Part shown: positions 1 to 9,602 of the stretch, in pieces | Position numbering within the stretch: the first letter of the stretch is position 1 | How the letters are laid out: every line of letters begins with the position of its first letter | Assembly: GCA_005881155.1 (NCBI GenBank) | Contig: VBHN01000199.1 | Coordinates: 11,115 to 59,549 of the forward strand | DNA from: Chloroflexota bacterium | GTDB lineage: Bacteria > Chloroflexota > Dormibacteria > Dormibacterales > Dormibacteraceae | DNA: 48,435 nucleotides | Direction of reading: 5' to 3' | The notes under the pieces: model-generated | What the model was told of the DNA's origin: nothing | The model's input: only the letters and a program-made list of their open reading frames with translations | The model's database searches: none | Made by a program: the position numbers and the translations under genes

Positions 1-76
1 TTTCCCCAAGATGTGGGCAACCTGGGTAAAACCAGGCACGGTGTCCCGGGCGCCCCCTTACACTCATTTGAAGCGA

Positions 77-1252
77 ATGGCGATCTCGGAGGTGGGGGTG
101 GTCGGCGGTGGGATCGCCGGCTGCACGATCGCCTACGAGCTGGCGCGGCGCGGGCTCAAGGTGACCCTTTTCGAGCGGGGCCCGATCGCGGGCGAAGCGT
201 CCGGCCGGAACATGGGCCTGCTCCTGAACCAGACCGAGCCCGGCGTGGTCAGCATCATGCGGCGCTCGCTCGAGATCTACCGCGAGCTGGCCAAAGGTGA
301 GGTTGAGTTCCAGCTTCGCGAGGTGCCGCAGCTGGTCGTCGCAACCGATGAGAGCCAGTTCGCGGCGATGAGCAAGCGCGCGTTCGAGATGCGGGCCGTC
401 GGCATGCAGGTGGAGGAGGTCGGCGCCGCCGAGGTGCGGCGCAACTTTCCGGCGCTGGGCCCGCGCTTCAGCGGGGGCCACCTGATCGGCAACGCGTGGA
501 TGCTGGATCCCGCGCCTGCGACGATCGCCTTCGCGCAGGCGGCGCGGGCGGCGGGCGCGGAGGTGCGGACCGGAGACCGCGTCGCGCAGGTGGCGGTCGG
601 CGGCGGCCGGGTGCAGGGACTGGTCACCGACTCCGGCCGGCACGCCTTCGATGCCGTCGTTCTGGCCGCCGGTCCCTGGCTGCCGGACCTCTGGCGACCG
701 GCGCCGGTCAGCGTCGGCCGCGGCTGGGTGCTCCGGACGGGGCGGCTCGGCTTTCGACTTCCCTGGATCGTCGAAGACTCGGGCTGGCCCGACCAGGACC
801 AGCTGGGCAGGGTCTCGCGGCCGCCGACGCTGGGCGAGGTGGCCGGGGGTCACGACGAGCCTGTCGTCCAGGCCTTCGTGATCGCGCAGCTGCCGGGCGG
901 CGAGGCCCTCGTCGGCGCCTCCCTCTCCCCCTCCCTGCGAGACGCCTACGAGGGGGTCGACATGCCGCGCCGGATCGCAGCCCACGCGCTGGCGGCCGCC
1001 CCCGGCCTGGCTGAGATCCCGATCACCGCCTCCTGGTTTGGCCTGCGCCCGATGACGCCGGACGGGATGCCGCTGGCGGGTCCGGCCGGACCGGTCGGGC
1101 TCTGGGTGCACGGCGGCCACGGCTCGATCGGCATGATGACTGCGCCCGCCCTGGCCGGCTGGCTGGCCAAGGCGATCGCCGACGGAGTCGAGGTCCCGGA
1201 GCTGGCCAACCTACGCATGGGCCGCTTCGGGCTGCCGGCAGGCGCCGGCTAG
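77..1252 (+). CDS. FAD-dependent oxidoreductase (DAO / glycine oxidase-like family)
   Basis: ORF 11..1252. The Rossmann dinucleotide motif VGVVGGGIAGCTIAYELARRG...LFERG follows directly after the ATG at 77. The 22 upstream codons look non-coding. Confidence 0.8.
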   Translation: MAISEVGVVGGGIAGCTIAYELARRGLKVTLFERGPIAGEASGRNMGLLLNQTEPGVVSIMRRSLEIYRELAKGEVEFQLREVPQLVVATDESQFAAMSKRAFEMRAVGMQVEEVGAAEVRRNFPALGPRFSGGHLIGNAWMLDPAPATIAFAQAARAAGAEVRTGDRVAQVAVGGGRVQGLVTDSGRHAFDAVVLAAGPWLPDLWRPAPVSVGRGWVLRTGRLGFRLPWIVEDSGWPDQDQLGRVSRPPTLGEVAGGHDEPVVQAFVIAQLPGGEALVGASLSPSLRDAYEGVDMPRRIAAHALAAAPGLAEIPITASWFGLRPMTPDGMPLAGPAGPVGLWVHGGHGSIGMMTAPALAGWLAKAIADGVEVPELANLRMGRFGLPAGAG

Positions 1253-2040
1253 TCCGGCTCCGGCATCTCCGCGCCGATGGCGTGGTAGCCGCCATCCACG
1301 TGGATCAGCTCGCCGGTCGTCATCGGCAGGTAGTCGGAGAGCATCGCGCAGGCGGTGCGGGCGACCGCGCCGGCGGACTTGCTGTCCCAGCCCAGGGGCG
1401 CCCGCCGGTCCCAGCTGTCCTCGACCTGCTTGAACCCTGGCACCCCCTTGGCCGCGATCGTTGAAAGCGGCCCGGCGCCGAGGGCGTTGACCCGGATCCC
1501 ATAACGTCCGAGGTCGCGCGCGAGATAGCGGACGATCGATTCCAGGGCGGCCTTGGAGACGCCCATCCAGTCGTAGGACGGCCAGGCCTGGGTGCTGTTG
1601 TCGAAGTCCAGCGTCACCACCGCACCGCCGTGCTCGCGCATCAACGGCAAAAGGCCGACGGTCAGCTCCTTCAAGGAGAACGCGCTGGTCCGAAAGGCGG
1701 TCAGCGCGCTTTCCCAGGGCGTGTTCAGGAAGTTGCCGCCGAGCGCGTCGGCGGGTGCGAAAGCGATCGCGTGGACGATCCCGTCGAGGCGCCCCCAGCG
1801 CTTCTGGAGGTCCTCGCGGACGGCGTCGATGTCGTCCCGCTGGTTTACGTCCAGCTCCAGGATCTCAGGGATCGGCTTCAACCTCTTGGCGGACATCTCG
1901 GTGATATTCCGAACCCGCCCGAAGCTGGTCAGGACGATCTCGGCGCCTTCCTTCTGGGCGACGTCGGCGATCGCGAAAGCGATCGACTGCCGGGTCAGGA
2001 CGCCCGTGACCAGCAGCTTCTTGCCGTCGAGGATTCCCAC
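1249..2040 (-). CDS. fabI: enoyl-[acyl-carrier-protein] reductase, FabI/InhA type (SDR family)
   Basis: Last 264 codons of ORF 1249..2157. GTG at 2040 gives VGILDGKKLLVTGVLTRQSIAFAIA..., a typical FabI N-terminus. The upstream 39 codons are Pro/Arg/Thr-rich junk. Confidence 0.85.
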   Translation of the reverse strand: MGILDGKKLLVTGVLTRQSIAFAIADVAQKEGAEIVLTSFGRVRNITEMSAKRLKPIPEILELDVNQRDDIDAVREDLQKRWGRLDGIVHAIAFAPADALGGNFLNTPWESALTAFRTSAFSLKELTVGLLPLMREHGGAVVTLDFDNSTQAWPSYDWMGVSKAALESIVRYLARDLGRYGIRVNALGAGPLSTIAAKGVPGFKQVEDSWDRRAPLGWDSKSAGAVARTACAMLSDYLPMTTGELIHVDGGYHAIGAEMPEPD

Positions 2041-2074
2041 CGCAGATAGGGTAAGCCGGGAGTCGAGTCCGACG

Positions 2075-2905
2075 TTACGGGTGGGCGCCGGTGGCGACCG
2101 GGAGGTCCTGGTTGGACCAGTCGCTCCAGGAGCCCACGTAGAGCCGGGCCCGCCCAAGGCCGGCCAGCTCGAAGGCGAGGACGTTCACGCAGGAGCTCAC
2201 GCCCGAGCCGCAGTACATGGTCACCTCTGCCCCGGTCGCTCCGACCGCTTCGAACTTGCGACGCAGCTCGGAGGCGGGGAGAAAGCGCCAGTCGGGACCG
2301 AGCAGCGAGCGCCAGACCAGGTTCCGCGCGCCGGGGATGTGGCCGGCTTTGGGGTCGATCGGCTCGACCTCGCCGCGGTATCGTTCGCCCGCCCGCGCGT
2401 CGATCAGGAGTCCAGTCCCGCCGGCCTGTATCTCCTCCCTGCCCACGACCAGCGACGCGTCCGGCTCGGCGGCAACGAAGGCGCCCGGGGCCGGCGGCGG
2501 GGCGGGTCCGCTCTGGAGCCGCTCGCCCCAGGCTTGGATGCCGCCGTCGAGGACCGCGGCGGCAGGATGGCCGAAGTAGCGCAGCAGCCACCAGAGCCGG
2601 GCGGCGCTGAACCCGCCCTGGTCGTCGTAGACCACCACCCGCGCGGCCGCATCGACGCCCGCTGCCCGCATGGCCTCTTGAAACTGCTCGCGAGCCGGCA
2701 GCGGGTGGCGGCCGTCGCCGGCGGGTGCGGCAAGGTCGCGGTCCAGGTCGACGAAGACCGCACCCGGCAGGTGACCCGCCTCGAAAGCGTCGCGGCCGCT
2801 CCGGCCGTCCAGGTACCAGCGCAGATCGACCACGCGGAGGTTGGGTTCGCCGAGATGCTCGCGGAGCCAATCGGCCGAGACGAGCGGACCGAATCGCTCA
2901 GCCAT
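2075..2905 (-). CDS. thiosulfate / 3-mercaptopyruvate sulfurtransferase (tandem rhodanese domains)
   Basis: ATG at 2905 inside ORF 2075..3499 gives MAERFGPLVSADWLREHL.... Two rhodanese repeats are present, with the catalytic loop MYCGSGVSS near the C-terminus. The upstream 198 codons run antisense to treZ and are rejected. Confidence 0.85.
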   Translation of the reverse strand: MAERFGPLVSADWLREHLGEPNLRVVDLRWYLDGRSGRDAFEAGHLPGAVFVDLDRDLAAPAGDGRHPLPAREQFQEAMRAAGVDAAARVVVYDDQGGFSAARLWWLLRYFGHPAAAVLDGGIQAWGERLQSGPAPPPAPGAFVAAEPDASLVVGREEIQAGGTGLLIDARAGERYRGEVEPIDPKAGHIPGARNLVWRSLLGPDWRFLPASELRRKFEAVGATGAEVTMYCGSGVSSCVNVLAFELAGLGRARLYVGSWSDWSNQDLPVATGAHP

Positions 2906-2953
2906 CAGCCCGATTCTTTCAAACTCAGAGTGTCGTGAGTCCGAGACATTAGC

Positions 2954-4678
2954 GTGCCCTGGCAGCCGTACTTCGGCCCCTCCTGGACTGCGGGCGGCCA
3001 AGTCCGGTTCCGGACCTGGGCGCCCTCGACTCGGCGCGCCGAGCTGGTCCTCGGGAGCAGGCGGTTCGCGATGCGAAAGCGCGATGGCATTCACTCGGTG
3101 CTCGTCGAGGGGGGCCGCCCTGGCGACACCTACCGGTTCGCCCTGGACGGCGACGGGCCCTTCCCCGACCCCTGGTCGCGCTGGCAGCCGCAAGGGGTGC
3201 ACGGACCCAGCGCGCTGGTCGCCCCGGTCGCGGGACCGTCCCACCGGCCGGTGCCGCGGCGCCGAGCCCAGGCCACCTACGAGCTGCACGTCGGCACCTT
3301 CACGCCCGAAGGTGACTACCGCCACGCCGCCGCCGACCTGCATCGCCTTCAGCGCCTGGGCCTGGACACCGTGCAGGTGATGCCCGTGAGTGAGTTTCCA
3401 GGACGCTGGAACTGGGGCTACGACGGCGCCTATCTCTATGCGCCGACTCGGGCCTATGGCACGCCCGCCGAGCTGCGGCGCTTTGTCGCCGGCGCCCACC
3501 GCGTCGGCCTGTCAGTGCTCCTCGACGTGGTCTACAACCACCTCGGACCCGACGGCGCCTACATCTACCGCTACGCCCCCGAGTTCTTCACCGACCGCCA
3601 CCGCACACCCTGGGGCGGCGCCATCGACTACTCGCGGCCGGAGGTCCGCCGGACGGTCGCGGACGCGGCGCGCTGGTGGATCCAGCAGTACGGCTTCGAC
3701 GGCCTCCGCCTGGACGCCACCCACGCGGTCTTCGACGAGGGCGAGGAGAGCATCCTGGCCCTGATCGGGCGGTCGGCCCGGCGCGGCTATCGACGTGCGT
3801 ACGTCGTCGCCGAGGACCACCGCAACGAGGCCCGGCTGGTGCTCGTCGACCGGCTGGACTCGATCCTGGCCGACGACTTCCACCATGCCGTCCGCGTCAG
3901 CCTGACCGGCCAGAAGGACCACTACTTCGCGGACTACCTCGGCTCCCCGGAGGAGATCGCCAAGGCCATCCAGGACGGCTGGATCCACGAGGGCGACCGG
4001 ACCAGCTCCGCGGGGCCGGGATCGTCCACCGCCGGCCTGCCCGCGGAGGCCTTCGTCTTCTGCATCGAGAACCACGACCAGGTCGGCAACCGGGCGGACG
4101 CCCTCCATCTCGCCGCGCTGGTCGAGCCCGGCCAGTTCCGAGCCGCGTCGGCGCTCCTGATGCTGGCGCCGGAGCGGGCGATGCTTTTCCAGGGCCAGGA
4201 GTTCGCCAGCCGCGGGCACTTCCACTACTTCACCGACCACGAGAGCGACCTCGGCAAGGCGGTCACCGCCGGGAGGCGGAGGGAGTTCGCCGTCTTCCGC
4301 GAGTACCGCGAGCACCCGGAGCGGATCGCCGACCCGCAAGCGGAGCGAACCTTCCAGGAGTCCAAGCTGGATCGCGGCGAGCTGGCGGCCGGCCGCTGGG
4401 CCACCGCGCTCTACCGCGAGCTGCTCCGGTTACGGCTGCAGGACCCGGTCCTGAAGCGACCCGACCGCGAGGCTACCAGGACCTGGGCTGAGGGCGAGGT
4501 GGTCTACGTCGAACGCCGGGCAGGCAGCCGCCGGCGCCTGCTGGCGGCGACGCTGCACGGCGAGGCGCGTGCAGCGCAGCCGCCCGGCCGCGTCTTGCTG
4601 CACACAGAGGAGAGACGATTCGGCGGGTCCGGCAGGGCCACCCTCGAGGTGCCCGGGGCGATCCTGGTTGAGCCCTAG
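2954..4678 (+). CDS. treZ: malto-oligosyltrehalose trehalohydrolase (GH13)
   Basis: GTG start at 2954. GH13 blocks are present: YELHVGTFTPEG, LDVVYNHLGPDG, GFDGLRLDATHA, VVAEDH, ENHDQVGNR. No treY or treX lies next to it. Confidence 0.85.
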   Translation: MPWQPYFGPSWTAGGQVRFRTWAPSTRRAELVLGSRRFAMRKRDGIHSVLVEGGRPGDTYRFALDGDGPFPDPWSRWQPQGVHGPSALVAPVAGPSHRPVPRRRAQATYELHVGTFTPEGDYRHAAADLHRLQRLGLDTVQVMPVSEFPGRWNWGYDGAYLYAPTRAYGTPAELRRFVAGAHRVGLSVLLDVVYNHLGPDGAYIYRYAPEFFTDRHRTPWGGAIDYSRPEVRRTVADAARWWIQQYGFDGLRLDATHAVFDEGEESILALIGRSARRGYRRAYVVAEDHRNEARLVLVDRLDSILADDFHHAVRVSLTGQKDHYFADYLGSPEEIAKAIQDGWIHEGDRTSSAGPGSSTAGLPAEAFVFCIENHDQVGNRADALHLAALVEPGQFRAASALLMLAPERAMLFQGQEFASRGHFHYFTDHESDLGKAVTAGRRREFAVFREYREHPERIADPQAERTFQESKLDRGELAAGRWATALYRELLRLRLQDPVLKRPDREATRTWAEGEVVYVERRAGSRRRLLAATLHGEARAAQPPGRVLLHTEERRFGGSGRATLEVPGAILVEP

Positions 4679-4679
4679 G

Positions 4680-5258
4680 ATGCGCGCTGGGATGGCCAAG
4701 GGCTCGCTGACCGTGATCACCGGCCCGATGTTCTCCAACAAGAGCGGCGAGCTGCTGAGACTCGCCACCGTGCACCGGATCGCCGGCCGCCGGGTCGGGC
4801 TCTTCAAGCACACCCTGGACGACCGCTACGAGGGCGCCGACCACATCTCCACCCACGGCGGGCAGTCGGCGGAGGCGGAGCCGGTCGGCGGCTCGGCCAG
4901 CATCGGGCTGCTGGGGACCAGCTACGAGGTCGTGGCGGTGGACGAGGCGCAGTTCTTCGACGATGGCCTGGTCGACGTCTGCGCTCAACTCGTCGAGGAG
5001 GGGCTGGTCGTGCTGGTCGCGGGCCTGGACCGCAACTTCAAGGGCGAGCCGTTCGGACCGATGTCGGGCCTGATGGCCATGGCCGACGACGTGATGAAGC
5101 TGCGCGCCGTCTGCATGAAGTGCCGCTCGCTGCAGGGGACGATGACGCAGCGCTTGATCGACGGCCGGCCGGCGCCGCGCTCGAGCCCGCTGATCCTGAT
5201 CGGCGCCGCGGAGAGCTACGAGGCCCGCTGCCGCGACTGCCACGAGCTGCCCGACTAG
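4680..5258 (+). CDS. tdk: thymidine kinase
   Basis: P-loop GPMFSNKSGEL, VAVDEAQFF and the Zn-ribbon cysteines CMKC...CRDC are present. ATG at 4680 follows the treZ TAG (4676..4678) by 1 nt. An alternative ATG lies at 4692. Confidence 0.9.
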   Translation: MRAGMAKGSLTVITGPMFSNKSGELLRLATVHRIAGRRVGLFKHTLDDRYEGADHISTHGGQSAEAEPVGGSASIGLLGTSYEVVAVDEAQFFDDGLVDVCAQLVEEGLVVLVAGLDRNFKGEPFGPMSGLMAMADDVMKLRAVCMKCRSLQGTMTQRLIDGRPAPRSSPLILIGAAESYEARCRDCHELPD

Positions 5259-5281
5259 CCGCATTCCGCGCGAAAACGGAC

Positions 5282-5956
5282 CTAGTGCCGGTGCGGGTGG
5301 ACCACTCGCGTGTCGTGGCAGAAGTGGATGGCGTCGGTGTCGCGGGAACTGATCCGGCGCAGCGAGTCCCGCCAGGCGTCGACGTTCTCGGCCTGGCCGG
5401 TCAGCCGCTCGACCGGGAAGTCCTCGAAGTTCTCGAAGATGTCCTTCGTATACGCGGCGTCGCCGATGAACAGCTGCTCCGGACCGTCCTCGATGACCAC
5501 GCTGTGGTGTCCGACCGTATGCCCTGGCGTCGGGATGACGCGAATCCCCGGCGCGATCTCGGCCTCCCCGTCCAGCAGCTCGAACTTTGCGCCCGCGAAG
5601 TCGAACCACTCGCTGGTCAGCATCTCCTCCCGCCGAGCCCGGTCCAGCTCCGCCCGCTGCACGTAGAAGGGCGCCCGCGGAAACACCGCGTTCTGGCCGC
5701 AGTGGTCCCAATGCAGGTGCGTGTTGATCACGATCCGGACGTCGGCCGGCGAGAGGTCGTGCTCGGCCATCGCCTCCGCCATCGCCCGGTTGACGATGTC
5801 CCAGTGGCGGATCAGCTCCTCGGGTGGGTTGCCGATCCCGGTGTCGACCAGGATCGCCCCCGCCGAGGGGTGCTTGATGATGAAGCCGTGGACGGGCGCG
5901 TCGAAGGGCCGGCGCTTGGAGCTGACCTGTCCCAGGTGGAGGCGAATTACCTCCAC
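5282..5956 (-). CDS. MBL-fold metallo-hydrolase (lactonase-like)
   Basis: Metallo-beta-lactamase motifs INTHLHWDHCG and PTPGHTVGH are present. GTG at 5956 overlaps the ctaB TAG by 1 nt. The rest of ORF 5282..6532 is antisense to ctaB. The start is uncertain. Confidence 0.75.
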   Translation of the reverse strand: MEVIRLHLGQVSSKRRPFDAPVHGFIIKHPSAGAILVDTGIGNPPEELIRHWDIVNRAMAEAMAEHDLSPADVRIVINTHLHWDHCGQNAVFPRAPFYVQRAELDRARREEMLTSEWFDFAGAKFELLDGEAEIAPGIRVIPTPGHTVGHHSVVIEDGPEQLFIGDAAYTKDIFENFEDFPVERLTGQAENVDAWRDSLRRISSRDTDAIHFCHDTRVVHPHRH

Positions 5957-6849
5957 TAAGCGAAGAGCCCAGCGACCGCCAGCACCGTGAAGAGCGCCGC
6001 CAGGTAGGCGATCGAGTAGGCGAAGAGCGGACCCGTCCAGCGCCGGCCCCGCAGGTCGAGCACGGACACCCCGACCAGCCCGACGCCGAGCACGACAGCG
6101 CCCACCAGGTAGAGGACGCCGGCGTCGCCCGTGAAGTAAGGCACCAGGCTGACGGCGGCTGTGGCCACCGCGTAGGCCACGCTCTGGCGCTTGGTCGAGA
6201 GGCTGGAGTGGACCACGGGCATCATCGGGATGCCGGCCTGGCGGTAGTCGCGCGCGATCAGCTGCGCCAGCGCCCAGAAGTGCGGCGGCGTCCAGAGGAA
6301 GATGACCAGGAAGAGCGAGATCGCCGTCACGTCGAGACCACCGGTGACGGCGGCCCAGCCGACCAGCGGTGGGATGGCGCCGGCGGCGCCGCCGATGACG
6401 ATGTTCTGCGGCGTCGCGCGCTTCAGCCAGATCGTATAGACGAAGACGTAGATCAGGGTCGCCGCCAGCGCCAGGCTGGCCGCGAAGAGGTTGGCCCAGG
6501 CCCAGAGCACCGTGAAGGCCACGACGTTGCAAGCGACGCCGAGGGCCAGCGCGTGCCAGCCGGGGATCCGGCCGTCGGGGATCGGACGCCGGCGCGTGCG
6601 CGACATCAGGAGGTCGATGTCGCCGTCGTACCAGCAGTTGATGGCGTGAGCGCCGCCGGCGGCGAGGCTGCCGCCGACGATGACGGCCAGCATGGCCAGC
6701 AGGTGCGGCCGCCCGTGCGAGGCGGCGACCATGGCCGCGAGGGCGGTCGCCACCAGCAGCCCCACGATCGAGGGCTTGGTCAGGCTCAGGTAGTCGGCGA
6801 AGAGCTGCCGGGCGGGCGCCTGGGTGCGGACCGCCTCCATCGCCCTCAA
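5956..6849 (-). CDS. ctaB: protoheme IX farnesyltransferase (heme O synthase)
   Basis: UbiA-family multi-pass protein with YLSLTKPSIVGLL and YDGDIDLLMSRTRRRPIPDGRI. The ORF starts at TTG 6849. An ATG at 6840 (MEAVRTQ...) is the more likely start. Confidence 0.9.
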   Translation of the reverse strand: MRAMEAVRTQAPARQLFADYLSLTKPSIVGLLVATALAAMVAASHGRPHLLAMLAVIVGGSLAAGGAHAINCWYDGDIDLLMSRTRRRPIPDGRIPGWHALALGVACNVVAFTVLWAWANLFAASLALAATLIYVFVYTIWLKRATPQNIVIGGAAGAIPPLVGWAAVTGGLDVTAISLFLVIFLWTPPHFWALAQLIARDYRQAGIPMMPVVHSSLSTKRQSVAYAVATAAVSLVPYFTGDAGVLYLVGAVVLGVGLVGVSVLDLRGRRWTGPLFAYSIAYLAALFTVLAVAGLFA

Positions 6850-7760
6850 GCCGGGCGTCCCTCCAATGCGGTCACCCGGGCATCATCGCGCACAGCGGCC
6901 GGTGCGGGTCGGAGCGCCAGAACCGCCAGGGCGACGACGCCGGCCCAGAGGGCGCTTCCCACCACGATGTGCGCTCCCTGCAGGAAGGCGACCTCGCTGG
7001 TGACGGCGACCAGCGCGCCCAGCGCGACCTGCACGGCCAGCGCCAGTAGGGTGAGCGCGGCCAGGCGGCGGTGGCGGCGCAGCCCGGCCACCAGCACGTA
7101 GGCCAGGAAGAGCCCGACCACGCCGACGGTCAGGCGGTGCAGCATGTCGAACGCGGCCGCGCCACCAAAGTCGAAGGCAAAGCCGGTTCCGCAGAGCGGC
7201 CAGGACTTGCAGACCGTGTCCGCCTTGGTCGCGACGACCGAGGAGCCGGTCAGCAGGAGCAGGAAGGTCAGTGGCGCCGCCGCGGCGGCCAGCCTACCGA
7301 AGCCCCGGTCCGCAGGCCCGGTCGGTGCCGGTCCGGCCAGGATGTAGATGGCCACCATCAGGCCCAGGATCAGGAGCGCGATGGCCAGGTGGACCAGGAC
7401 CAGCACCGGCGCCAGCAGGTTGGCGACGACCTGCCAGCCGAGCAGCCCCTCTGCCACCACCGTCGCCAGGGTGGCGACCGTGAGCCACGTGACCGGCGTC
7501 CGCCGGCCGCGGTAGAGCCAGAACCCGGCCAGCACGGTCAGGATCACCAGCAATCCGAAGAGGGCCCCGTTGGCGCGGTGGCTGTACTCGACGATCGCGT
7601 GGAAGGTGAGCGGCGGGTAGGGCTTGCCGTAGCAGGTCGGCCAATCCGGGCAGCCGAGCCCGGAGCCGGAGACGCGGACCAGCCCGCCGAGGGTGATCTG
7701 GAGATAGCCGGAGAGGGCCGTTACCGCGACGAGCGCGCGGAAACGGCCGGCGGTCAGCAC
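6846..7760 (-). CDS. ctaA: heme A synthase (COX15/CtaA family)
   Basis: Multi-pass membrane protein with the N-terminal GGLVRVSGSGLGCPDWPTCYG motif. It lies directly upstream of, and overlaps, ctaB. Confidence 0.85.
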   Translation of the reverse strand: MLTAGRFRALVAVTALSGYLQITLGGLVRVSGSGLGCPDWPTCYGKPYPPLTFHAIVEYSHRANGALFGLLVILTVLAGFWLYRGRRTPVTWLTVATLATVVAEGLLGWQVVANLLAPVLVLVHLAIALLILGLMVAIYILAGPAPTGPADRGFGRLAAAAAPLTFLLLLTGSSVVATKADTVCKSWPLCGTGFAFDFGGAAAFDMLHRLTVGVVGLFLAYVLVAGLRRHRRLAALTLLALAVQVALGALVAVTSEVAFLQGAHIVVGSALWAGVVALAVLALRPAPAAVRDDARVTALEGRPA

Positions 7761-7787
7761 GCGACCAAGTCTAGAGACCGCGCCCGG

Positions 7788-9602
7788 CTACTCCTCGTAG
7801 CGGCTGCGGACCAGCAGCAGGGCGGAGAGGAAGGTGACCACCAGCACGCCAGGCGACCAGCCGAGCCGGGGCCCGAAGGGGTCGTAGCGCGAGAGGTCGA
7901 GGTAGACCGCGAGCACGCTCACGGCCAAGCAGACGGCCAGCCCCAGCATGACCCGGAGCCGCCCGGCACGCTCCACGGCGAGCTGGAGCCGGCGGATCCT
8001 CCGGTGGCGCTGCCGTTCGATCGCGGCCGGCTCCGGAGCCGGCAGGTCTCGAACCTGCTCGGGATGCTTGAGGCGGATGCGTGCGGCGTGGGGCACCGCC
8101 AGCGGCTCGTGCTGGACCTCCCGGTCCGGTGGCGGCGGCACCGCCAGCGGCTCCCAGAGGAACTGCCCGATGTAGCGCCGGTAGGCGACGAAGGCGGCCA
8201 CGCCCAGCGCGATCCAGCCCGCGAAGATGTAGGAGGAGTAGGAGATGTTCTGGGCGATCAGCTGCGTGAAGACGGCGCCGATCGCCACGCCGCCCACCAC
8301 CGACAGGACCGGGATGGCCGCCCGTCCGAAGGGGATGTTGAGGGGCATCTGGTAGGGCCGGTAGAGGTCGGGCGAAACGTAGCGCAGCCGCATCACGGCC
8401 AGGTGGGCGGTGCAGAAGGCGAAGGTAGCGGCCAGCGAGTAGGTGGCCGCCAGCAGGTCGAGCTTGCCGGGCAGCACCAGCACGGCGGCGGCCACCGCGA
8501 AGACGACGATCGAGATGTAGGGAGTCTTGAAGCGGGGGTGCAGGTTTGAGAACTGAACCGGGACCAGCTTGTAGATGGCCAGCGAGTAGCTCAGGCGGGA
8601 GATCCCGATCAGGCCCGCGTTGGTCGCGATGACCAGGATCGTGAAGGCGAGGATGGCGACCCAGACACCGGCCCAGAAGGCCAGGACCTGCGAGGGAAAC
8701 CTGGTCACGATGCCGGCCACCGGGTCGTTGGCCCACTTGGTGCCCAGCTCGGTGAAGTACAGGTGGTGCTGGGCGTCGTATTGGATCGGGAAGACGCTGA
8801 CGCCGATGGTCGGCAGGAAGGCGGAGACGAAGAGCACGGCGCCGATCACGTAGAAGGTCGCGCGGGGCACGGTCCGGCCCGGGTTCTTCGCCTCCTCGGA
8901 CATGTTCGAGATGGTCTCGATGCCCGTGTAGGAGACCATCGCGATCGAGACGCTGGCCAGGAAGTTGCCCCAGGTCGGGGCCACCCCCCAATGGATGTTG
9001 CGGATCACGGTGTCGAAGTTGAGGAGCAGGAAGATGCCGAGCAGGACCAGGACCACCTGCGTCGCCAGGTCCAGCATCGCCAGCGTCAGGTTGAGCACGC
9101 TCGACTCCTGGATGCCGACCACGTTCACGAAGGCCAGCACGACGATCAGCAGCACGGTGGCCAGCTCGTGGTTGACGTCCGCTCGGAGGAAGTGGAAGAC
9201 GGGGAAGACGGTCAGGTAGGCGATCGCGGTGTAGGCGGAGATGGAGACCGTCGCCGTGTAGTTGAGCAGCTGGATCCAGCCCACCAGGAAGCCGATCGGC
9301 TCGTTGAACGCCCGCCGGGCGAAGGAGGAGCTTCCGCCCGCCTGGGGGACGGCCGCCGTGCCCTCCGCGTAGTTGAGGGCGGTGGTCACGAAGATGCAGC
9401 CGGCGAGCAGGAAGGCGAGGGGCGTGAGGCCCAGCGCGATGGCCGCGGTGACGCCGAGCGCGTAGTAGATGCTGGAGCCGACGTTCCCGTAGCAGGCCGC
9501 GAAGAGCGCCCCCGTGCCCAGCGTGCGGGGCAGCTTCGGGGGCCGCGCCAGAACCACGCGGACGTCTCCTCGCAGGCGTCCGCGTCGCTGTTCCATGCTC
9601 AT
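7788..9602 (-). CDS. APC-family amino acid/polyamine permease with long C-terminal extension
   Basis: The N-terminus LGTGALFAACYGNVGSSIYYALG... and about 12 TM segments are typical of APC permeases. An extra ~130-aa tail carries a duplicated EPLAVP motif and 2 more hydrophobic helices. The ATG overlaps the PLD stop (ATGA). Confidence 0.85.
   Translation of the reverse strand: MSMEQRRGRLRGDVRVVLARPPKLPRTLGTGALFAACYGNVGSSIYYALGVTAAIALGLTPLAFLLAGCIFVTTALNYAEGTAAVPQAGGSSSFARRAFNEPIGFLVGWIQLLNYTATVSISAYTAIAYLTVFPVFHFLRADVNHELATVLLIVVLAFVNVVGIQESSVLNLTLAMLDLATQVVLVLLGIFLLLNFDTVIRNIHWGVAPTWGNFLASVSIAMVSYTGIETISNMSEEAKNPGRTVPRATFYVIGAVLFVSAFLPTIGVSVFPIQYDAQHHLYFTELGTKWANDPVAGIVTRFPSQVLAFWAGVWVAILAFTILVIATNAGLIGISRLSYSLAIYKLVPVQFSNLHPRFKTPYISIVVFAVAAAVLVLPGKLDLLAATYSLAATFAFCTAHLAVMRLRYVSPDLYRPYQMPLNIPFGRAAIPVLSVVGGVAIGAVFTQLIAQNISYSSYIFAGWIALGVAAFVAYRRYIGQFLWEPLAVPPPPDREVQHEPLAVPHAARIRLKHPEQVRDLPAPEPAAIERQRHRRIRRLQLAVERAGRLRVMLGLAVCLAVSVLAVYLDLSRYDPFGPRLGWSPGVLVVTFLSALLLVRSRYEE

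Noticed and set aside
7071-8549. A 492-aa plus-strand ORF. Similar long shadows occur at 1592-2938, 4473-5711, 10142-11773, 13294-14676, 24594-26372, 26878-28425, 36469-37644 and 44335-46293.
   Set aside because: Each overlaps a gene on the opposite strand that has clear family motifs. Their translations are low-complexity Arg/Gly/Pro/Asp strings and their third positions are not GC-enriched.
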